From the NCBI RefSeq assembly GCF_001194135.2, contig NC_068999.1:52949049-53013048 (forward strand): a stretch of 64,000 nucleotides of DNA. The letters are read 5' to 3'. Source of the DNA: Octopus bimaculoides (taxonomy: Eukaryota). The notes beneath the pieces are model-generated. The model was not told where the DNA came from and made no database searches. It worked only from the letters and a program-made list of their open reading frames with translations. The first letter of the stretch is position 1; the number at the start of each line of letters is the position of its first letter. Of this stretch, positions 55,295 through 64,000 are shown in pieces. The position numbers and the translations under genes were made by a program.

Positions 55295-55341
55295 GATAGT
55301 GACTTCGAAGTTTCAACCAGCTAAGTCATCTTCAGACAGTC
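55295..55341 (-). ncRNA. Second hammerhead ribozyme motif, inverted copy with a partly disrupted stem I
   Basis: Minus strand reads GACTGT CTGAAGA T GAC-TTAGCTG-GTT GAAAC-TTCGAA-GTC ACTATC. Stem III (ACTTCGAAGT) is a perfect palindrome; stem I pairs at only 4 of 6 positions. Confidence 0.55.
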
Positions 55342-55381
55342 TGATGATGGCTTAGATGGCCGAAACCTCGAAGTCACTGTC
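55335..55381 (+). ncRNA. Type I hammerhead ribozyme motif (Penelope-like-element minimal type)
   Basis: GACAGT [stem I] CTGATGA T GGC-TTAGATG-GCC [stem II] GAAAC-CTCGAA-GTC [stem III, cleavage triplet] ACTGTC [stem I 3' strand, perfect 6 bp]. Predicted cleavage after C55375. Confidence 0.75.
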
Positions 55382-55818
55382 AACAGTATTCTTGCTAAAG
55401 AATAATTTGTAAATAAATATATAAATTCTACTGTATCAAAAATAATGAACAGATGCTCCAACTGAATTTATTCCATGATAAACTCTATTTAAAAAAAGAA
55501 AAAAGAAAAAGGCTGAATCGTCACGGTTAGACCGTATTTCATAGGAGGTCTACTCAATCAGAGTTGACGTTTAAAGCAAAACAACAAAAATGATCAAATT
55601 TGAATGGCGAAAAAACTGGAGCAACGAAAGATTTCAAGTGTCCACAACCAATAAATCAGCGGAACAATTGATATCTCCAAGACATTGGAATATTTTTAGT
55701 TTGTGGTTTGGAATTAGAATTATTCAAAGATCAACAAAATAAGTCTTGTATTTTCACAATGCCTGAAAGTCTTGTTCTGTTGAATGGAACTTAATTGAGG
55801 AGAAAAACACGCGCTCGT

Positions 55819-55873
<55 letters not shown>

Positions 55874-56263
55874 CACAAACACACAAACACACACACACGC
55901 ACACACACACACACACACAAACCACACACACACACATACAAACACGCACTCATGCACATATAGATCTGAGTGTAGATGTGTATATATGTGTATCTATGTA
56001 TGAATGTGTACATGATATATATATGCATATGTAGGTATGTATGTGTATCTATACACACACATATACATACATACATGCGTACGCATACTTTTATATCATG
56101 GACGCACTCGTACAAGTACACATCTGTGTATATACGTATGTATACATATATATATATACATAGATATATATATATATGTGTGTGTGTATGCATGTATATA
56201 TATATATATATGTATATATGCATACATACAGAGAGAGATGTTTATATATATGTGTTTATATAC

Positions 56264-56345
<82 letters not shown>

Positions 56346-56395
56346 TTATATATATACATGTTTATATATATATACGTTTATATATATATACATGA

Positions 56396-56433
<38 letters not shown>

Positions 56434-56896
56434 GATACCTCACACACACACACATGTATGCACACGCACACATACAATCGTACACGCGAATATACGACGA
56501 TGGCCCAGTTTTCCAGAAAGCACTACATTCCAAAAGAATGGAAAAAAAAGAAAACAAAGAAAAGAAACCTGAAATAAAGATAAATTGATATTTATCCAAT
56601 AGATTTGCTCTTTATATAATTCGTTTCACCCCTTATAGACACATCTGATTGGTGTTGTCAGCTGCAGTTCAGCCCTTTCACACACGGGCGCGCGCGCAAA
56701 CGTACATAAGTGCGCGCGCACACACACACACATACACACATAAGCACACACTCACACACACAAAAAAACACACATAAAACACACACACACACGTACATAG
56801 ACTCTTAGGTATATATCTTCACATTCCCTTTCTCTCTCTCTCTCTCTCTCTTTCTCTAGTATTATTATCATCATCATCTTCACCATCATCATCATC

Positions 56897-56946
<50 letters not shown>

Positions 56947-57074
56947 TCGCTCTCTAAGGGCGAATTTTGGGATTTAAAATTGCAAATCTAATACTTTAAA
57001 TCAAAGAGCATCAATATGGCTTCCAAAATCCAAAGTGAAAATGGTAAATGCGCACACCGTCTCCGTTATATATT

Positions 57075-57288
57075 CTTTTCTACTCTAGACACAAAGCCCG
57101 AAATTTTGGGGTATGGGGTCAGTCGATGAGATCGACCCGAGTACGCGACGGGTACTTAATTAATGGATCCCGAAAGGATGAAAGGCAAAGTCGACCTCGG
57201 CGGAATTTGAACTCAGAACGTAAAGACAGACGAAATACTCCTAAATATTTCGCCCGGCGTGCTAACGATTCTGCCAGCTTCCCGCCTT
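57075..57288 (-). mobile_element. SINE family A, near full-length and well conserved
   Basis: Reverse complement reads aaggcgggaagctggcagaatcgttagcacgccgggcgaaat...ttctgagttcaaattccgccgaggtcgactttgcctttcatcctttcggg...gtacc...gtcgatc...aaatttcgggctttgtgtc; tRNA-like head. Confidence 0.8.
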
Positions 57289-57304
57289 GCCTCCATTATA
57301 TATT

Positions 57305-57570
57305 ATCGCCTGACCATTGTGTCTTGTCCCAGTTTACGCCTGACCAAACGGGAGCGCGTACTCTCCGCTTTCTGTTGTGACGCGTTCCACTGGTCAGGCG
57401 TTCCATTTGCTGTCAACACCCGCTGAATGGAGGGCTGGGTTTGCCGTCGCTGCTGATGCACAAACAGGCGCAGACATGCGCTGAGGCTACTTCATCTCCA
57501 GCGCTGCGCTTCCTTGAGCAGCGGTGGCCGCTGTTTTTCAGACAAGATTTCCCATAGCTCGTCTCTTTGA
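57305..57570 (+). mobile_element. L1/Tx1-clade LINE ORF2 fragment (region just after the RT domain), pseudogenised
   Basis: Reads ...LRFLL*RVPLVRRSICCQHPLNGGLGLPSLLMHKQ...LRLLHLQR...FFRQDFP*LVSL, matching the FLW..K..V.......P...GGLGLP motif of L1/Tx1 ORF2; GC-rich island with frameshifts. Confidence 0.7.
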
Positions 57571-57580
57571 TTAAGCTGCA

Positions 57581-57630
57581 GTCCAGGATCAAGTGTACAC
57601 TTGGTCCAGGATCAAGTGTACACTTGGTCC
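57581..57630. repeat. Perfect 23-bp tandem duplication containing a 14-bp palindrome
   Basis: GTCCAGGATCAAGTGTACACTTG x2 plus GTCC; CAAGTGTACACTTG is self-complementary. Confidence 0.9.
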
Positions 57631-57900
57631 ATATGCTTTAATTGCCTTTAATATAACCCTTCTTGTGTTAATGTAACCCTACAACCCTGTTGTTGCCGTG
57701 TGTGCTTGGTGGGTATGTATTTGTGAACGTATACGCACATGTACATATATATATATATGTATATGTATATCTTTTTATCTTTCTAATCTATCTCTCGCTT
57801 GCCCTCCCTCTCTCTATATATATGTGTGTGTATGTGATTGTGTGTCTATAAATATATATATATTCATATAAGCACACACATGCATAAATACATACGTACG

Positions 57901-57956
<56 letters not shown>

Positions 57957-60721
57957 ATTCCCTTATTCGTCTATCTCTCTCTTTCCACTCTCTATCTCAC
58001 ACACTCTTTCTCTTTGTTTATATATCTTCCTGTCTATCTAGCTATCTTTCTGTTTATCTATCTATCTGTCTATCTATCTATCTATTGATCGATCCATCTA
58101 TCTATCTATCTGTCTGTCTATCTTTCTTTCTTCCCATCTAAATATCAACACGCAGCCTAGTCTCCTTCATCAAGGACTATTTATACGAAACGTGATACTT
58201 TGATCATATTTTGGTAAGAGCCCTCTTCACCCCCCCCCCACCCCTCACACTGACTNNNNNNNNNNCTCCCTAAACAACTTGCCCTTTTGATTGTATCCTA
58301 ATTTGATAGCTTTTCACTTTGAGGGTCTAATTAGGAAGTAGGTTACAGCCCTGTAATGGCTAAATATTTGTGTGCGAGTGTGTATTTATGTGTATACATA
58401 AAACACATGTATGTACACAAGAAATTTTATATACGAGTGTATCTATATGAACTTTTGTGTATGTGTGCGTTTATGCATATACATAGATATGTGAGTGTGC
58501 ATTTATGTATGTGTATATATATGCATATACTCATATCCATATATATGTATATATATTTATACATATTTAAAGATATATATATATATATATATANNNNNNN
58601 NNNNNNNNNNNNNNNNNNNNNNNNNNNNNNNNNNNNNNNNNNNNNNNNNNNNNNNNNNNNNNNNNNNNNNNNNNNNNNNNNNNNNNNNNNNNNNNNNNNN
58701 NNNNNNNNNNNNNNNNNNNNNNNNNNNNNNNNNNNNNNNNNNNNNNNNNNNNNNNNNNNNNNNNNNNNNNNNNNNNNNNNNNNNNNNNNNNNNNNNNNNN
58801 NNNNNNNNNNNNNNNNNNNNNNNNNNNNNNNNNNNNNNNNNNNNNNNNNNNNNNNNNNNNNNNNNNNNNNNNNNNNNNNNNNNNNNNNNNNNNNNNNNNN
58901 NNNNNNNNNNNNNNNNNNNNNNNNNNNNNNNNNNNNNNNNNNNNNNNNNNNNNNNNNNNNNNNNNNNNNNNNNNNNNNNNNNNNNNNNNNNNNNNNNNNN
59001 NNNNNNNNNNNNNNNNNNNNNNNNNNNNNNNNNNNNNNNNNNNNNNNNNNNNNNNNNNNNNNNNNNNNNNNNNNNNNNNNNNNNNNNNNNNNNNNNNNNN
59101 NNNNNNNNNNNNNNNNNNNNNNNNNNNNNNNNNNNNNNNNNNNNNNNNNNNNNNNNNNNNNNNNNNNNNNNNNNNNNNNNNNNNNNNNNNNNNNNNNNNN
59201 NNNNNNNNNNNNNNNNNNNNNNNNNNNNNNNNNNNNNNNNNNNNNNNNNNNNNNNNNNNNNNNNNNNNNNNNNNNNNNNNNNNNNNNNNNNNNNNNNNNN
59301 NNNNNNNNNNNNNNNNNNNNNNNNNNNNNNNNNNNNNNNNNNNNNNNNNNNNNNNNNNNNNNNNNNNNNNNNNNNNNNNNNNNNNNNNNNNNNNNNNNNN
59401 NNNNNATATATATATATATATATACACATGTATATGTATACATCTACGCATAAGCGCTCTTGTGTTCACATATATATGTGTATGTATATGTGTGTAAACA
59501 CTCACTTCCGCACATGTGTGTGTGTGTGTGTGTGTGTATAGATAGATAGGTAGATAGATAGATAGTTAGATATAGATATATACTCCAACATGCATGTATA
59601 CTTCTCCCTTCTCCTCGCCTCCTATTAGAGAATATTCTAGGAAAATTGCCGTCCACGTTAATAAGATATAATTTCTGGAAACTTTCAGCATTGCCTCTGT
59701 CCTGAAAATGTCAACAAGATTTGGTGACAATATCTTTAAAACAAAACAAACAATAAAGAATTAATCAAAAAAATAGCCCACCCCCACCACCACCACCACA
59801 TACACATATACAAACAAACAAACAAACAAGCACATACACACATTGACATGCACACAAAGAGAAAGACGATAAAAGAAACAAGAAATAAAAATGAAATCCA
59901 AATAACGAAATGAAAATAAAAGACATGTAATATACATACATACATACATACATACATACATACATACACTCACAGAGACACACACAGACACATACACATA
60001 CAGACATACAAACAGACAGACAAACAAACAGTGGACAGACAGACTATACATTCTATACATACAAACAACACACATACGGCATAGACAAACGTCGATTTAG
60101 AACCATTTCAGTTGGAAGAGAACAAATGGAAAAGAAAGAAAATAAGAAAATAAAGTGGAAAATAGCTGCTAAATAGTAAAGCTGGTAAGATCTAAAGTAA
60201 TTTCGGGATCCGTGTTTCTGGTAAACGAAATTTCGAAAGAATGCGATGCTGAGAACGATCTTTTCGACTGGATTATTTACGATGGCGTGTGTGGGGTTGA
60301 CAGAAATTTCAGACCTCATTTATTGTATATGTCAGACTTGTTCACACATTTTCATATTTGATTTGTACCATAACTTAGCGGCTTATTGGGAACAATTTTC
60401 CAGTCATGTATACCGCAACGGGGAGTGGTCGCTTTAGTGTGAGGCTAAACAAAGAAAAGGGTTGGGCGGATGGGCATTAACGAAGATGATGTGCTTGTTA
60501 ATAACAGACCCATAACCTTTAAACGTTGAAGACATTTTTCTAGTCTTTTTTTTTCTTTCTTTACGGTTGTTACGAATACCGTTGATGTTTTGCCTAAACT
60601 AGGATGGCTGTTTTTTAGAACTTTTCAGGACGACATAATTTCCATGTAATCGCTATATAACGCTGAATAGAAGACAGAGGAAATTTAGTGTTAAAAGGGT
60701 TCCGATCAATGTAAAAAGAGT

Positions 60722-61056
60722 AAAGATCCCTTTCATTCATGAATGACCATGTGATTGCGCCTAGAAAGTTACCCTCCGAGGCACAACTCAGGGCAAGGTT
60801 GTTTATGGAAGACCAGCAGTCACCCATGCATACCAGCCTCCCCTCTCCACGCCACTGATGTTATTCAAGGGAAAGGCAAAGGGGCCGATACAGCTTGGCA
60901 CCAGTGACGTCACAACTCATTTCTACAGCTGAGTGAATTGGAGCAACGTGAAACAGTGTCTTGCTCAAGAACGCAACTCACAGTCCAGTTTGGGAATCGA
61001 ACTCACTACTCCATGATTGTGAGCCCGACGCTGTAACCACTCACCCATGCGCCTTC
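60722..61056 (-). mobile_element. tRNA-derived SINE with a CORE-like segment and an additional central domain
   Basis: Minus strand: aaggcgcatgggtgagtggtt...gagttcgattccc (A/B boxes), ttcttgagcaagacactgtttcacgttgctccaattcactcagctgtagaaatgagt (CORE-like), then gtggagagggaggctggtatgcatgggtgactgctggtcttccataaac. Confidence 0.7.
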
Positions 61057-61619
61057 TGATCAATGTAAATCATTTGATATGAAATGACACACATAAGAAA
61101 TGACACTGCCGACCATTAACCTCTCTTCATTTTTGAAGTGGTGGAATTAATCCAATGTGTACCTAAGTAGAAAAGCAAATAAATAAATTTGTTTTCTGTT
61201 GTGAACATATTTGTATCTGAACTAGAGGCTTTTTGATATACAGAATCCGAAAATAACATCCCTTTATTACCATCTCGTCAAGATTTTAAGATACTGAACC
61301 CATAAAATTTCTTGTTTTTGTCCCCCAGTAAAATAGCTTATGAGGAAGAAGGCATAACATACAAACATACACAGAAATTGATTTTTTTTTTTTTCATAAC
61401 CAGAATGTTTTCTTCAATTACTATTGCAAACAGCAGTCGCTTTCTTCAACTGAATGCACGTCGCTGATTGGTTGAAATTATCCAAATACGATAACTTTAA
61501 CACGAAATAAGTTCTAAAATACCAAATTTTGACAAAAATGTTCAAAGTAAACTGTGCTCTGCATGAGAGATTACACCAGTATACGAAGTTTCAAACTGTC
61601 TAGTTAAAAAAAAGTTAAT

Positions 61620-62200
61620 TAAAAAATCTGTGAGCCAAATTTAGCAGATCCCAAACCAAGTTGCTGCAATAATCCGCTATCATATGCACGTCACATCTGC
61701 TTTGATACTTTTGTTCAATTGATTTTATGTCCAGATGGAAACGTTTTCACTGCTCGTCGCATGTATCAACAAAATTTTCAAGGAATTTATCAAGGTGATT
61801 GCGCAGAGATAGTGCAGCTCATATTTGCTGCCAACTTTTGAAAGTTCTTCCGCATGTTGTGGACTATTTCGGCATTCTTGACTACTTTCTTGTTTCTCGA
61901 GAACTCATTTACAACTATCACAAATGAATTCTATGCTGCTGCTTGAATGTAATTACTTCAATTTTCTGAGTTAAGGTCCTTCAAACATTCCAGCTTTTAT
62001 CTTTTCACTTCTCAGACCGGAAAATGTGCTGCAGTTATAGTGAAAACATGGTCCATCATTATTCAGAGCTTTAACAAACTGCTTCATAATGCCAAGTTTG
62101 GTACGGAGTGGAAGTAGAATGGTTTTTCCCGGTTGAACCAAAGACTTTTCAATCACAATAAAAGACCCTGAAACTAATACTCGCCGCACCCAATTTTTTT
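61620..62200 (-). mobile_element. Decayed DNA transposase, Chapaev3-like (CMC-related) family
   Basis: Minus-strand translation ...SLVQPGKTILLPLRTKLGIMKQFVKALNNDGPCFHY...SEKIKAGMFEGP*LRKL...NHLDKFLENFVDTCDEQ*KRFHLDIKSIEQKYQSRCDVHMIADYC matches the recalled motifs LPPLHIKLGLMKQFVKAL, KAGIFDGPQIR and EQGERFHQDIK..E.RYQG.W...MMADYC. Contains stops and frameshifts. Family name is from memory. Confidence 0.8.
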
Positions 62201-62328
62201 CGCCTGGGACCGTAATCTTCCATGATGTTTGAACGCTTTTCCGTTGGACGTCTTCACCCTATTGGGGGATTGCAATGGTGGTGGTGGTGGTGGTGGTAGT
62301 GGTATACATCAAGTGTTTGAGATAAATC

Positions 62329-62368
<40 letters not shown>

Positions 62369-62525
62369 NNNNNNNNNNNNNNNNNNNNNNNNNNNNNNNN
62401 NNNNNNNNNNNNNNNNNNNNNNNNNNNNNNNNNNNNNNNNNNNNNNNNNNNNNNNNNNNNNNNNNNNNNNNNNNNNNNNGAGAGAGAGGGAGAGAGAGAG
62501 AGAGAGGGAGAGAGAGGGAGAGAGG

Positions 62526-62567
<42 letters not shown>

Positions 62568-62853
62568 TGGACAAGACTTTCCAACGTTTTGAAAAACAAA
62601 CGAAATCATTTACAAAATATGCCAACACGAAAACAACAAAAACAACAACAAAAGGAAAATTCCATTCAAATTCGTGAATTTTAAGATTATGAACTTTTAG
62701 TTCTCGACCTTTTTATATCCTGGTTGTTAAAACTTCCAAACGGAGAGAATTTGTGCTATAGTGATATGGACACTTCTCTTTCTTTTTCTAATGTAGAAAC
62801 GACATTCGAATACAACCTCACAAGAGTATCCAGTTTCTTTTATGACACGCCGC

Positions 62854-62922
<69 letters not shown>

Positions 62923-63203
62923 CATACATACATATATTTGTGAGTAAAAGCTTCGAAGAACAGCTGCTAAAGCTAGATACAGATTACGAAATTACAATAG
63001 GGGCCTCTGGGAACCCTGTATTATTAACTAAGTTTTGTGGATGTAACTGACACGAAATATTTGCAGCAAGGAAGCAGAAGACATTACGATATTTGTCTTT
63101 GTAAAAGAGAAAATTGACGTTTTTTTTCATTAAGGTGACAATTACGCGCGCACACGCACATATATATGCATATAGAATATATATGTATATAGGATATACA
63201 TAC

Positions 63204-63246
<43 letters not shown>

Positions 63247-63265
63247 ATATATATGTATGTATATG

Positions 63266-63305
<40 letters not shown>

Positions 63306-63542
63306 CATACACAAGCAAACTGACACACAGATACACACACATGTATATAGGCATATATGTATCTTCATCTTTCGCTCTGTCTATTTTCCTTTCTGCATGT
63401 TTCATTCTCTCGTTGTCTAAGAATCAACTGCGCTGAGCTTTGGGGAATTGCTTGAGGGACCACTCTCAGAATCACTAGAATCATCAGAATTCCTTTTTCC
63501 TCTGCGTGTGTGTGTGTGGGGGGGGGAGGTGAAGTGAAATGA

Positions 63543-63745
63543 AGGCTCATCACTAAGTGGTTAGAGTATTCAGCTCGAGTTCGTAAGGCCGCAATTTCGA
63601 TTCCGTTTCCGATTCCGATTCCTGACGTCCATGATGTCCTTGAGCAAGTCACTTTATTTCATGTTACTCCAGTCTACTCAACTGGCAACAATAAACAGAA
63701 CCTGTATTTTAAATGACTAGCATTGTCATATTCTGTGTCACGAGT
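63543..63745 (+). mobile_element. Diverged tRNA-derived SINE with a CORE-like segment
   Basis: ctaagtggttagag...atttcgattcc head, gtccttgagcaagtcactttatttcatgttactccagtctactcaactgg, and a 3' part similar to the 30.4-kb copy (cctgta...tgtcacg). Confidence 0.55.
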
Positions 63746-64000
63746 ACCGACGGAGTACCACCGTGTGTGTGTGTGTGTGTGTGTGTTAGGCGCACGCGCT
63801 TATATGCATGTGTGTCTACACAATAGTTACGTATACACACACATACAATCATACAACATATAAAATATCCATGATGCTAACCACCCATCAGCCACCTGCC
63901 ATGATTAATCGTTGGTGGCATAAACACAGGACCTAGCATTTATTGTATAGCAGCATCCTGTGAAATCCCTTCCCGAGGAAACTATAGAAACAAGGCCACC

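Larger units (their letters stand above)
55255..55431. repeat. Long imperfect inverted repeat (fold-back), probable Penelope-like element LTR remnant
   Basis: Core arms 55283-55337 and 55339-55393 are about 84% complementary around a 1-nt centre; weaker complementarity extends to about 55255 and 55431. Confidence 0.8.

Overview
AT-rich eukaryotic genomic DNA from a gapped draft assembly, with many N runs and very dense di-, tri- and tetranucleotide microsatellites. The SINE families and repeat landscape look like an octopus (coleoid cephalopod) genome; this is inference from recalled repeat families, not a database match. Almost every ORF in the supplied track is a microsatellite or N-gap artefact. 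Hidden among the repeats is a phase-consistent 7-exon plus-strand gene fragment (2681-35382, exons 38-105 nt, about 150 aa, product not recognised). The window also holds many tRNA-derived SINE copies (at least three families), Tigger/pogo MITEs, a decayed Chapaev3-like transposase, an L1/Tx1 ORF2 fragment and a ~540-bp element that sits in (AAT)n repeats. The most striking structure is a ~177-nt fold-back at 55255-55431 containing two head-to-head type I hammerhead ribozyme motifs of the Penelope-like-element kind. The plus-strand copy is structurally complete. There are no prokaryotic features (no CRISPR array, rRNA or operons).
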